From Perkinsela sp. CCAP 1560/9 (Eukaryota; Protista; Euglenozoa: Kinetoplastea): a stretch of 64,000 bases of DNA. How positions within the stretch are numbered: position 1 is the stretch's first letter; each line of letters opens with the position of its first letter. The notes under the pieces are model-generated. The model worked only from the letters and a program-made list of their open reading frames with translations. It was not told where the DNA came from and searched no databases. Of this stretch, positions 1 through 10,349 are shown in pieces. Location of the stretch: contig CBFFSA010000003.1 in NCBI GenBank assembly GCA_965644495.1, positions 868,001 through 932,000 on the forward strand, given 5' to 3'. A program made the translations under genes and the position numbers.

Positions 1-1
1 G

Positions 2-643
2 GACCCCAACTCGGCGTACTCCTATCTATACGAAGCGTTTGAAGGGTTTCACACCGGTGGCGCAGAGCACCGTCTAAAAGCACTCCGTGCTCTAACCTAC
101 ATGCTCCTTTGCAAAGGATTCACGGATGAAGGGCGTGAATTAGTATCTGTTCTACAATCAAAAAATGTACAGAAATATGACACTCAGATTATTCAAGCGG
201 TAAAGGAGTTGTCAGAGACTTATAAAGCCCACGACACGCTAGGGTTCAAGCTTTGCTTGGAGCGATATAGTGAAATATTGAAGATCGATCCTATCGTAAA
301 CAGTTTTGTCAAAGACCAGTACGATAGTCTGCTAGAGCTGCACTTGACTAAAATAGCGAAACCCTACTCTGTCGTTCAGCTTTCATACATGGCCTCACTC
401 GTACAGCTTCCCGTTTCAGAAGTGGAGGCAAAACTTTCTCAAATGATATTGGATCGCAGACTTAGCGCTATATTGGACCAGCAGCAACAAAGCCTTATAA
501 TGGATGAGCCTAGCACGGATTGCGAACAAGCGGAGCAGGCACTGGCCGTTGTTGAAAATCTAGCCAAGGTGTTGGATGCACTGGAACAAGACGTGTGTAG
601 AACGGAAGAAGTGAAAGGTGTTCCATCGAATGACAAGCCTTAA
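2..643 (+). CDS. RPN6: 26S proteasome lid subunit Rpn6/PSMD11, C-terminal PCI domain (5' truncated by window edge)
   Basis: The frame is open from position 2: DPNSAYSYLYEAFEGF...ALTYMLLCK...YDSLLELHLTKIAKPYSVVQL...VEAKLSQMILD...ILDQ. This matches Rpn6 motifs (TAFSYFYEAFE, LKYMLLCK, VExKLSQMILD). Confidence 0.93.
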   Translation, partial: DPNSAYSYLYEAFEGFHTGGAEHRLKALRALTYMLLCKGFTDEGRELVSVLQSKNVQKYDTQIIQAVKELSETYKAHDTLGFKLCLERYSEILKIDPIVNSFVKDQYDSLLELHLTKIAKPYSVVQLSYMASLVQLPVSEVEAKLSQMILDRRLSAILDQQQQSLIMDEPSTDCEQAEQALAVVENLAKVLDALEQDVCRTEEVKGVPSNDKP

Positions 644-935
644 TCGTATCCCAAGATTGATTACACGTGCTATCTTATAACGGAGCCAAGACGTAACGCA
701 TAGCTTTTTTTGTGTATCCCGGAAATATGCAATGACGTACATTAATAATTTGTTTTTTTGCTTTGGGCAGATTATTTAAAAAACTAATATATCCGTAATT
801 TTGAGAAAATATACCTCTACAAGTGTCGGAAACGCAGCTTTTCTCGCATCATTAATTAATTGTGTTCATATACTAGTGCCATTAATATCTTGTGTCAAAA
901 ACATTGTTTCATTTCTAAATTTCATTCTATATTTG

Positions 936-1235
936 ATGGGTCGAGCGCTTGGCCGAGGTTCTAAAGCAGTGGCAGTTCAGACACGCCAAGGAGCTAAAAA
1001 ACGAAAAAATAAGCCTCCCAAAGGATTGCGTGGATTCAAGCGCAATAAATTAGAACGCCGAGCTCAGCGTTCGGAAAAAACGCCGGCATCATCGTTAAAA
1101 AAAACTGGAACAAAAGCAGAAGTGGAAGAGGAACTACGACTTCATGAAATGCCCTATAAGATTAATTCCAAAACCAAGCGGATGCGACACATTGTCAGGG
1201 ACATTAAAAGACTTCGAAAAAAGCGTAAGCAATGA
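936..1235 (+). CDS. small, highly basic (K/R-rich) hypothetical protein
   Basis: First ATG at 936 after an AT/pyrimidine-rich tract; 99 aa, MGRALGRGSK..., on the cluster strand. Confidence 0.6.
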   Translation: MGRALGRGSKAVAVQTRQGAKKRKNKPPKGLRGFKRNKLERRAQRSEKTPASSLKKTGTKAEVEEELRLHEMPYKINSKTKRMRHIVRDIKRLRKKRKQ

Positions 1236-1406
1236 TTTTTATTCAAAAATAATGATACCGGATCATCTGAAAATCATGTGTTTTTCAAAAATAAAAAAAT
1301 AAAGATCGTCCTCAACTCATCTAATCTCTAGTTTATCTATGAATCATTTTGACACTGTCATACTACTCTACTTTTGGTTCGACAAAAAATAATTTTACTC
1401 CTCGAC

Positions 1407-2378
1407 ATGATACAAATTTGCGCTATGAGTCCGGCTGGAGCACAGCCCATTCGTAGTTGTGCAGCATCTACCCGTTACACTTCAAGCCTTCACCTTGGTT
1501 TGTACACCTATTCATTTAGGAAATACTCTAGAAACGATCGAGTTAGAACACTAAATTCAATGCGAGTGAAGTCCTGCGATTCCAAACCCCGGATTGAACA
1601 TTCGCCTGTGTCTGCAAAAGTGCATTGTGAAAGAGATGCATCATCGAAAGAGGTTGTTTTTTCAGATAAAGAACTGGTCCAACTTCGGCATGACGTAAGC
1701 GGATTACAGAAGAATATTGAAGATTTGAAGTCGCAGTGGGGTACTGATGTGAATCGCGATTCACGAAGCGACACGATTCGCACGCTTCAATCGATTATCC
1801 GACAAACCCAACAGGAAATGCAATCATTCGCAGTCGAGCAAAAAAGAGTGATTGAAAAATTTCATACTATTCAAAAACACTTTCAACATCGCTTTCACGC
1901 GCTAAACTCCTTGGCATCTCACAATGCGGAGCCTCGGGCTGGATTTCCGGATGCCGAAAATGAAGCAACCAAATGCTGGACTGGTACATCGCACAGCAAG
2001 CCTCATACTTCCGAATTATCTCGAGGAACTGTGAAGTCTGCTCGCAGAAAAGTATCTGCATTACGAGTCGAGCACGGAGGAAGGGAACTTCTTGTCACGT
2101 ATTGTCTACAAGTTCGCTGCAAGGCTAAAGCTGAAGACATTGAAAATTTGCTCAAACTTTCCGGAGGTCTATCGTCTATGTGCTCGGAGCTCGTGCAGGA
2201 TCCTAAACATACAGAAGTTCAAGATGTCTGGATCGCGAAATTCTGTTCTCATCATGACGCAGCTCGGGCGCTTGAGTCCCTAGACGGCATGTCTACCAGC
2301 ACTGGGTTTGACGTGCGGCTGTTCCCATACATTCCCCCGGACGTAAAACCAGAGGAGGAATGTCTCCAGTACCAGTGA
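1407..2378 (+). CDS. hypothetical protein with central coiled coil and possible C-terminal RRM-like fold
   Basis: Long + strand ORF with a heptad-like segment (LVQLRHDVSGLQKNIEDLK). The C-terminal WIAKFCSHHDAARALESLDG resembles an RRM beta3-alpha2. Start codon uncertain. Confidence 0.6.
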   Translation: MIQICAMSPAGAQPIRSCAASTRYTSSLHLGLYTYSFRKYSRNDRVRTLNSMRVKSCDSKPRIEHSPVSAKVHCERDASSKEVVFSDKELVQLRHDVSGLQKNIEDLKSQWGTDVNRDSRSDTIRTLQSIIRQTQQEMQSFAVEQKRVIEKFHTIQKHFQHRFHALNSLASHNAEPRAGFPDAENEATKCWTGTSHSKPHTSELSRGTVKSARRKVSALRVEHGGRELLVTYCLQVRCKAKAEDIENLLKLSGGLSSMCSELVQDPKHTEVQDVWIAKFCSHHDAARALESLDGMSTSTGFDVRLFPYIPPDVKPEEECLQYQ

Positions 2379-2614
2379 AATGTCTGAGCACCACTTCAAT
2401 CCGATGCACATGGCCAACACAACATTATTCTACTCCGTACAACTAACTAGCATAAATTAAAAGTCTCATCTCCCTGCGCAATACTACTTCTATTGGACTG
2501 CTATACAGTTTTTTAAAGTGCTGTTAACACGCTACTTCTCTTCTTTTTCAATGGAGAAATTTCTTTCGTCATATTCTTTACGTCATCTTCTCCCACTCTT
2601 TACCTTCCCTCCCC

Positions 2615-3358
2615 ATGTTTTATCCGGATTCGGCCCAGGCGTGCCATCCACCGCTTTCCATTCCCCTCATATATGCAATACGTACTGAAGATAGCTCTGG
2701 CTCACACAACCGCCGGGGACGACCCCGTCGCGAGCTCCTCCCCCCAGAGGAGCTACTGTGGCATCTGGTGGCTCCGCTTACTCGACGCCACGCCACATGG
2801 TGTGAGGAGAAATCCACAATGCTAGGACTATCTACGGAGGCTACCCCGGCCCCGCTAGACCAGTGGAGTGGGATTGTCCGGGAGACGGAGGGGGCAGTGC
2901 GGGCGCTGCGTTGGCGAGGGATGGACCTGCAGGGTAAACTGGAGTGGACAGCGCTCCCGGAGACCCTGGAAAGGATAGAGATACACTGGAACGCGCTGAG
3001 TGGGAAGGTCGAGTGGCAAGCGCTTCCCCGGGAGCTGGTTGTGATGTGGGCCCAGCGGAACGTGTTAAGTGGGGAGGTCGATCTCACGTGTCTCCCCCCG
3101 TCAATGGAAATTTTGTGGCTTGACCATAACCATTTTCAAGGGGTGATCCAACTCCATGCTCTGCCAGAAGGCATGCAGGAGTTATATCTGGGAAACAACC
3201 TGCTTGTGGGGACAATTGACGTTCGAGAGGTACCACAGAAAATGGACCTTCTTGAGCTACAGGAGAACCAATTTAATGAGATCGTTGGGCTCGCAAAGTT
3301 GCTGACGTATCCCAAGCTTAATTGTCGATATGACGGAAATCCTATTTTAAAGAAGTGA
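2615..3358 (+). CDS. leucine-rich repeat protein (24-aa LxGxLDLxxLPxxLxxLxLxxN type)
   Basis: LQGKLEWTALPETLERIEIHWNALSGKVEWQALPRELVVMWAQRNVLSGEVDLTCLPPSMEILWLDHN; N-cap WSGI. Confidence 0.9.
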   Translation: MFYPDSAQACHPPLSIPLIYAIRTEDSSGSHNRRGRPRRELLPPEELLWHLVAPLTRRHATWCEEKSTMLGLSTEATPAPLDQWSGIVRETEGAVRALRWRGMDLQGKLEWTALPETLERIEIHWNALSGKVEWQALPRELVVMWAQRNVLSGEVDLTCLPPSMEILWLDHNHFQGVIQLHALPEGMQELYLGNNLLVGTIDVREVPQKMDLLELQENQFNEIVGLAKLLTYPKLNCRYDGNPILKK

Positions 3359-3492
3359 GTGTAAATCGCCTAAAACACAGGAAGGCGCCTTTCATACATG
3401 TACGTCGTTTGGAAACTAGTCTAAGTTGTGAAATCACATGTCTAAATAACTGCTAATAGCCTCTTAACAACTTTTTTTTCCAAACATATGAT

Positions 3493-3608
3493 GCTGGAAC
3501 GTCATGAGTATGAAACGTTTTAGAAAGTCACGTAAAGGTTTTTTTTGAGAAGAAAAAAATCATCAGAAGAAAATACATTTTAACCTACGTTTATAGTACC
3601 GGTTACCC
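3493..3608. repeat. solo right-end fragment of the Merlin-like MITE found at 37095-37722
   Basis: ~115 bp closely matching 37604-37722 (ggaacgtcaYgagtatg...aagtcacgtaaa...aatcatcagaa...ttttaacctac.tttatagtRccggttaccc). Confidence 0.85.
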
Positions 3609-3832
3609 GAAAAATATTACAACTTTTTTTGGAGGATTTTGCATTCTTTTATCTAACCCGGAGAACGGTAGATCCGTTCCGGTATATTATTCAAAAACGC
3701 TATATTATTCAAACTACACTACTGTATATCCCTACAACACACTACTAAAAGTACAGCTAAAAAAGATTCGGTTCGATTTTACTTTCTTTTATCTACACTA
3801 ATCAGCCCTACAATACACTACTATCATAGTCT

Positions 3833-6397
3833 ATGAGTACAGCTAAAAAAGGTTGGGTTCGATCCGGTTTTACACCCACGCATAGTAACTACAGTGCTCT
3901 CGGCGGTAAAATATCAGTGGACCCATCCACCGTTTCTCTTACCGGAATGCCCCATAATCCACTCGATGACTCAAAATCCGCAACAGAAACCGCTTCCATC
4001 AAGACACCCCCTTTCCCCGATACCGGAGTTCCGCGCCCCTCGCACCTTCCCCACACCGCACCCCACACCTTCCCCCCACCCCCAAACCACACCCCCTACC
4101 CCTCCTATCCCTCCGTGGCATCCCCCCCTCACTCCTCTTTCGCGCCCCATCCTCACCCCTCCACCACAACCTCCTCCCCTTCCTCCTCCCTCTACCCCGC
4201 AGCACACCCTCCTCTTCCTCCCCACCCTCCCATCCCCGCCGAATACGACCCCACAGCCTACGGTCCTCCCCCCACGTCCTCTCAGCCCCCCTATGACATG
4301 TCCACCGCTTCGTCCTCTCACCCCATCCCACCCTCCCATAGACCGTCCTCATCACAGCAACCAACACAACAACAACAACAACACTATCCCCCCTACCCCT
4401 CCTATCCCCCCTGCCCCTCCTCTACTCCCCCTTCCTACTCCCCCCATGTCCCCTATTCTACAGAAACCTCTTATCCCACGGGGTCCTCTTATCCTACTGA
4501 GTCCTCCTACCCTACGGGGTCCTCCTATCCCGCAGGAACCTCCTATTCCACGGGGTCCTCCTATCCTACTGGAACCTCCTACCCTACAGAAACCTCTTAT
4601 CCCACGAAGTCCTCCTACCCTACGGGGTCCTCCTATCCCACAGAAACCTCCTCTTCCACGGGGCCCTCCTCTTCTACGGGCTCTTCCTACCCTACAGAAA
4701 CCTCCTATCCTACAGGCTCTTCCTACCCCACAGGAACCTCCTATCCTACAGGGTCTTCCTACCCCACAGGAACCTCCTATCCTACAGGGTCTTCCTATCC
4801 CACGGGGCCCTCCTACCCCGCTGTACCCCCACCAGGCACCTACCCGGACTACTCCCCGCTCTACGCCCCTACGCCCCGGCCTCCTCCCCCTCCCCAGCCC
4901 TCCAATGTGTTATTCCTTGGGGGGCTGTCCCCTGCGGTAACGGAGCGGGAGGTACGGGAGGCGTTCGTGCCGGGCGGGAGCGGGTATGGGAGGGGTGGGG
5001 AGCAGCAGGGTGGGGGTTACGGGGAGCGTCATGAGGGGTACGGGGACGGGGATGCGCCTCGGGTCACGGTGGCCCTCCTCCCGCACCGTCACATTGCGTT
5101 TGTGACTTTTCCAACGGAACGGGAGTGTACCGAAGTGATGGAGCAGCGTCAAGGGGTACGACTCCATGGGCGGGTGGTGAAGTTAAACTATGGAAAGAGT
5201 CGGGAGCGTGGGGTGGGGGAGGAGGGGGGGCAGGAGAGGGGGCGGGATGGTGGGGGTTACGGGGAGAGCGGGGAGGGGGGGAGGGGTGCTGGAGGTGGAG
5301 GACAGGAGAAAATGAACCCCACCAATGTGTTATGGGTGGGACGGCTTGTGGAGGAGGTTCACACGCATGAGGTGGTGCGTGGGTTTTTTGAAAACTGGGA
5401 GGGGTTCATGTCGACAGCGATGCCGGATCGTACGAAGGGGTTTGCGTTTATTAATTTTCTCTCAGTGGACCATGCCGTGGGGGCACAAGCGCGGCTACGA
5501 GAGGAGTTTGATAATAAGATTGCAGAGATCGAGGTGAAGGTTCGTTTTGGAAATACAATGTACAATCCCCCCGCAGGTGAGAATGGAAATACTCGAATAA
5601 TGCCGTCGGAGAAATCAGAGGATTTGAGTGTTTCCGACAGCCGAGCTCTTCTTCCCATCCCGCAGGAGAGGTCGGAGGATTATACGGGGACGGAAGCGGA
5701 CTGGCGAAGCGATGTCTCCCACGAGCTTCCTCCACCCTCCAATCCTTTTCCAGCGCCAGGGGCACAAGACGCTGCGATGCCGAACGAGGAGAGCACGCGA
5801 GATGCAGGATACTTGGACTACTACAATGAACTTTGTGACCCGAAGGAGCAGTTTGGTCGGAATCAAGTTGATCGCGTTTGTGAACTCGTGGATGCCGTCC
5901 GCAGAGCCAATGGTAAAGAGGCACTCGGCATATATCTTACGAAACGACGCCTCTTTTCCTCCTACATCATTGACACAATAGCACTTCGTCTCAGCCATCA
6001 ATATCAAAAAGACACACACAAGAAGCTACTTGTGTATTACGCTGTGTTGGAGGCGTTCGCACGCATCCCACCGCATCAAAGGTACGACTTGGGGGCGGAG
6101 ATTGCGGAGAGGATGGTGAAAATAACCGAAGTGGTTTTGGAGAATCAGTGTGAGACCGGTCAATTGTATATTCACGAGGCGCTGAACTGCGTGTTGGCAT
6201 ACTTTGATGCTTTCGTACAAAAAGCACTGCAGCAGATCTTTCCAAGTGTGTCTCAGACAGAAGAGATCACTTCTGCAGCTCCAGCCAATGAGAATTATGC
6301 AGCGGTCGATGATATCGATAGCGACAGTGTTGAGAAAGGGGGCGAGGATAGCTATCAACAGAAGAGTGTAGAACCTTCAACCGAGAACGTAACGTGA
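3833..6397 (+). CDS. RNA-binding protein: Pro/Ser/Tyr-rich N-terminus, YPTGSS repeat, two RRMs, C-terminal CID-like helical domain
   Basis: RRM1 SNVLFLGGL...HIAFVTF...VKLNYGK; RRM2 TNVLWVGRL...KGFAFINF...VKVRFG; C-terminal KKLLVYYAV resembles a CID motif. The true start may be the ATG at ~3947 because 3833-3872 duplicates upstream non-coding DNA. Confidence 0.85.
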   Translation: MSTAKKGWVRSGFTPTHSNYSALGGKISVDPSTVSLTGMPHNPLDDSKSATETASIKTPPFPDTGVPRPSHLPHTAPHTFPPPPNHTPYPSYPSVASPPHSSFAPHPHPSTTTSSPSSSLYPAAHPPLPPHPPIPAEYDPTAYGPPPTSSQPPYDMSTASSSHPIPPSHRPSSSQQPTQQQQQHYPPYPSYPPCPSSTPPSYSPHVPYSTETSYPTGSSYPTESSYPTGSSYPAGTSYSTGSSYPTGTSYPTETSYPTKSSYPTGSSYPTETSSSTGPSSSTGSSYPTETSYPTGSSYPTGTSYPTGSSYPTGTSYPTGSSYPTGPSYPAVPPPGTYPDYSPLYAPTPRPPPPPQPSNVLFLGGLSPAVTEREVREAFVPGGSGYGRGGEQQGGGYGERHEGYGDGDAPRVTVALLPHRHIAFVTFPTERECTEVMEQRQGVRLHGRVVKLNYGKSRERGVGEEGGQERGRDGGGYGESGEGGRGAGGGGQEKMNPTNVLWVGRLVEEVHTHEVVRGFFENWEGFMSTAMPDRTKGFAFINFLSVDHAVGAQARLREEFDNKIAEIEVKVRFGNTMYNPPAGENGNTRIMPSEKSEDLSVSDSRALLPIPQERSEDYTGTEADWRSDVSHELPPPSNPFPAPGAQDAAMPNEESTRDAGYLDYYNELCDPKEQFGRNQVDRVCELVDAVRRANGKEALGIYLTKRRLFSSYIIDTIALRLSHQYQKDTHKKLLVYYAVLEAFARIPPHQRYDLGAEIAERMVKITEVVLENQCETGQLYIHEALNCVLAYFDAFVQKALQQIFPSVSQTEEITSAAPANENYAAVDDIDSDSVEKGGEDSYQQKSVEPSTENVT
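4454..4813 (+). repeat. coding 18-bp minisatellite, 20 units encoding YPT(G/E)(S/T)S
   Basis: Counted 20 consecutive hexapeptides from YSTETS to YPTGPS. Confidence 0.95.
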
Positions 6398-6821
6398 AAT
6401 TGTTGCAACGAGGCTCCAGATCTAACTTCAGACGGTTAGTAAATAGTGTTTTATGTATTAGGGTTGATCAGAATTGCAGACAAAGTTCAATTGTTTTCTT
6501 CTATCATGTGGCTCGGCTCGTGAAAAAAATAATGTTACTCTGTGTTTCACACAGAGTACTTACACAGAGTATTTACTCAAACACTATTTGATGAGTAAAT
6601 ACTATGCATTACTATGTACTACATGTGTTAATACATGTGTACGTACCGCTTCTAAGGAGATACTAGTGGATTATAAACAGGAATTAAAACATGTGTAAAA
6701 TTTATTTTGTAGGCTTAAATTCAGCAATGTTTGCCTTTTAGGCTCTCTTTTGCCAGTATTTGCTGCTGTAGCGCACATAACACCTTGCTTTTCGAAGTTT
6801 TTCTTGGGCTCATACGGGATC

Positions 6822-8567
6822 ATGAAATTTTCTTATGCAGCCGCCTTACGTTGTCTCGATCATTTTATTATTCGAGCCGGCAGTGGTGTTAAAGGGGCCA
6901 ATTGCCCGTCTATTGCAAAAGGGTCGAACGCTGTTCATCCCTCGCGAAATATTAATGCAATGCGTAATGCTTTACGACGCTGCGAATATCTAGAAAAACT
7001 ATCAAAGTTGGATGTCATTCATATTGCAGGTACGAAAGGCAAGGGAACAACAGCAATGATGTGCGAAAAGCTATTGCGTTCCTATGGATACAAAACTGCT
7101 ACGTACACTTCTCCTCACTTAAAATGCGTTAGGGAGCGAATTCGCATTAATGGCGTTCCAATCTGCGAAGTCGATTTCGCTCGTTCTTTTTCTTCCGTAT
7201 ACACTAAATTACTGTCTAATCATCCGAATGAAGCATTTCAAGAAAGCGATTCTTTTAACCCTGAGGTTTGCGCGAAGTCCATCACACAGACGTTCCAACA
7301 CGGAGGACCACCACGATCCCTTTTCTTCTTTTACATGACGCTTATGTTCTTTGAAACGGCGATTCACTTCGACACGCAGTTTTTGATTGTTGAAGTTGGC
7401 CTTGGGGGTAGATACGACGTGACAAACGCTTTGCAGCATATCACCGCCACTGGAATTGCATCCATTGGTCATGATCACATGGAAATTCTGGGTAACACTC
7501 TGGGGGCTATTGCTCGTGAAAAAGCAGCGATCATTCGTCCCAGAGTCCCTACAATTATTTCACACTCGAATTATATACGAAATGAGGTTTCTGAAGTACT
7601 TGCTGAGCAAGCAAAAACTGTCATGGCCCCTTTATTTGTAGCTCCAAAAAGTATTATGGATGAGACCGATATTGGTGGAGAGCACATGAGTGAAAATGCG
7701 TCTTTAGCTGTATTCTTGGTACGCAGCGCCCTGTATCAGATTAATAGAGGAGGTATCGCTCGAGGAAGATTTGAAGATACCAAAAATTTGAGAAATGTTG
7801 AATGCACCAATTTCGTTCCTGGGTTTGACGTATTGAAAAGTATTCTCGCACGCTCTATTGACGTTACCGAGTACGAGTGTCTAAGAAATTTTACGTATGA
7901 AGGTAGATGCATGGAGATTAAGTCTAGAGAGCTAGGAACCACTTTCTTATTAGACGGGGCACATACAATAGAGAGTATGGAATGTTGCGCAACATGGGTT
8001 TTAAATTATCTGACAACGCAGCATCCTCCGATTCCCAATTTCGACTTCCAGTCATTTCCGCGCATTGCTGTTCTTTTTAATTGTATGCGTCCTCGAGACC
8101 CTGTCACATTAATGCACAGCTTTTTGGGGAAATCATCAGTTATTCCCCAATTGATAACTTGTATTTACGTTGTTTGTCCTTCATCGCGCGGGGATAGTCT
8201 TTTTCCCTCAAGTAGGCCTTCCCTCGATCTAATTGAATCAGAGTCAAATGGTAAAGAGCGCACTACCGCTAGAAATATTGATACCGATAATCACGCTCTA
8301 AATAAGAGCGACGCGATGGAATGGCAAATGGAGCAAGCCCACGCATTAAGGCAGGCTCAGCTTTTCGCGCCGCTACATCTTGCGGAAGTACCAATTCACG
8401 TCGTGCACCTTGGAGATCTTTTTCAGAAGGAATTTCAGTTACGTGATTCGGCTTCTTGTGGCGGCAGCGAAAGTTTTAGACCCAAAACATTGACTCTCGT
8501 CTGTGGTTCACTGTACCTCGTAGGTGATGTTTTGTCTCTTTTGGAGAAAGAAAACATTGGAAGTTAG
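6822..8567 (+). CDS. FPGS: folylpolyglutamate synthase
   Basis: VIHIAGTKGKGTT, YTSPHL..VRERIRING, EVGLGGRYDVTN, IGHDHMEILGNTL..IAREKA, LDGAHT, CGSLYLVG. Confidence 0.96.
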   Translation: MKFSYAAALRCLDHFIIRAGSGVKGANCPSIAKGSNAVHPSRNINAMRNALRRCEYLEKLSKLDVIHIAGTKGKGTTAMMCEKLLRSYGYKTATYTSPHLKCVRERIRINGVPICEVDFARSFSSVYTKLLSNHPNEAFQESDSFNPEVCAKSITQTFQHGGPPRSLFFFYMTLMFFETAIHFDTQFLIVEVGLGGRYDVTNALQHITATGIASIGHDHMEILGNTLGAIAREKAAIIRPRVPTIISHSNYIRNEVSEVLAEQAKTVMAPLFVAPKSIMDETDIGGEHMSENASLAVFLVRSALYQINRGGIARGRFEDTKNLRNVECTNFVPGFDVLKSILARSIDVTEYECLRNFTYEGRCMEIKSRELGTTFLLDGAHTIESMECCATWVLNYLTTQHPPIPNFDFQSFPRIAVLFNCMRPRDPVTLMHSFLGKSSVIPQLITCIYVVCPSSRGDSLFPSSRPSLDLIESESNGKERTTARNIDTDNHALNKSDAMEWQMEQAHALRQAQLFAPLHLAEVPIHVVHLGDLFQKEFQLRDSASCGGSESFRPKTLTLVCGSLYLVGDVLSLLEKENIGS

Positions 8568-8974
8568 TACCTTTCATTTATTGAAAACGAATGCTTATGT
8601 GGGAGCTTGCAAATTTAATTGGGGCCGGATCCCCCATTTGTGAATAAGAATTTTCAACAAATAACGAATCCCAAAAATCCGCTACTGAGGAACACATCGT
8701 CTTTAAGTGGGCTTAAATTGGGCACGAGAAATGACATGCTCAATGTTGGTTTCAACCATCTGCGCGATCATTCGAGGGTGATACCCTCGGATACATCCCC
8801 CCGATACTTGCGGAAGATCCCAATGAGTTTCGAATTCAATAAAATTCTCGCATAAAATATTATACCTTGAGAAAAATGCCCAGGATTTAGCCCCCTTAAT
8901 ATGCTTACATATTTTGAGTAATATGAAATGTAAATTTTGATGTGAACTCTCTTCGGCTCATTTGGCGGAACAAA

Positions 8975-10304
8975 ATGCGTTTCTTAGTAGTCGGTGCCGG
9001 TGCGTTGGGCTGTGAACTTCTATTGGGTTTAGCTAATGCTGGTTTTGACAACATAGACGTATTAGATATGGACACTGTTGCCATTTCAAATCTGTGCAGA
9101 CAGTTTTTGTTCGACGCGAGAGACGTGGGGAAACCAAAATCAGAAGTAGCTGTGCAGTACATGCGTCACAAATTCCCGAAAAAAACGTTTACCTCTCATT
9201 TCAAGCGTGCGCAAAGCTTGCCTGATCTTTTTTATCGTCAGTTTGACATTGTTCTACTCGGCGTGGATAACGTTGAGGTTCGCAAATGGATGAATGATGC
9301 GGTATCCCGTTGTTCAGTTGTGCGCCTTCCGGATTCTCTTACTTCCAACCCGAATGAATCAGAATTCGTCTTGCTGCAGGGATTAATAGAGAGCATTCCG
9401 TTATTTGATACTGGGACTGAGGGGTACAAAGGACATTGTAACCTTGTACAATTGGGAAGAACGGCGTGCATCAATTGTTTATTGGATCTGTATCCTAACA
9501 GTAGACATGAGAATATTCCACTCTGCTCTCTTCCAAGTATTCCTCGTCAGCTTGATCAATGCGTTTCGTATGCAGCATACAAAATATGGAACGAGGAACA
9601 ACCATTTGGTCCAAACACCACACTCAATGAGGAGGAAAAACATGAAACACATGAAGTGGATAGCGAAGCGAGCTCAGGAACATGCCTTTAAATACGGAAT
9701 AGAAGATATTTTATCAGTTTCTTTTGTTCGAAACGTCTTAAAAAGCACTATTCCCGCGGTGCTATCAACAAATCTTTGTATTGCGGCAGTCTGCGTCACA
9801 GAAGTCACAAAATGGGTTCATAATACACCGCGAACTCATGAAAACTACTTATATTTTAATGGAGCAAGTTCTGCACTTGGAGTTTACGCTCACTGGCAAT
9901 ATATGAAACCAAATTGCTCATGTGTATGCTGCAGAATTTATGTATGCAACTGCCTGAGAAGATGGACGCCCCCACAACTAGTAAGCAATAGTGTTCTCCC
10001 ACTCTGTAATATGATTATTGAACCCGAAACTGCAATAAAGAAAATTACTCAACTTCGAGTTCGTGTTACGCCGAATTCTCGTGAAAAATCGGTGATTGAA
10101 TTCTGGTTGTTACAAAGTGGTTTGCTAGAAGGTGTAACCTCTTGTTTGCGAGATGCTCCTGTCTTTGATTGTATCAAGGGAAAATTGAGTTCATATTTCT
10201 CTGATTCGCAGCACTTGCAGGAAGCCATGAGTATGGTACAATTGATTGTTGATAGTCCTGCGGGATCTTGTCGCTTGCTCCTTCATTTTATAAGTAAGCA
10301 TTGA
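8975..10304 (+). CDS. UBA3: NEDD8-activating enzyme catalytic subunit UBA3-like (ThiF family), split by a +1 frameshift at ~9636-9640
   Basis: ORF1: LVVGAGALGCELL, DMDTVAISNLCRQFLF, DTGTEGYKGH, catalytic PLCSLPSIPR. ORF2 continues HMKWIAKRAQE..YGI...IPAVLSTN..IAAVCVTE...NYLYFNG...CSCVC. Confidence 0.85.
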
Positions 10305-10349
10305 AGTCTTTGGCAATTTTTGGATCCAGTACATTGTACTACCGCATAT

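Noticed and set aside
3894-4940. 348-aa Pro-rich alternative-frame ORF and several minus-strand Gly-rich ORFs
   Set aside because: Shadows of the C-rich, stop-poor repeat region of the RRM gene.
8591-8855. MLMWELANLIGAGSP/FVNKNF resembling the UBA3 N-terminal W...GPF...F motif upstream of the UBA3 ORF
   Set aside because: It needs a frameshift plus a ~300-bp gap with stops and no clear splice sites; the similarity is too short to support.
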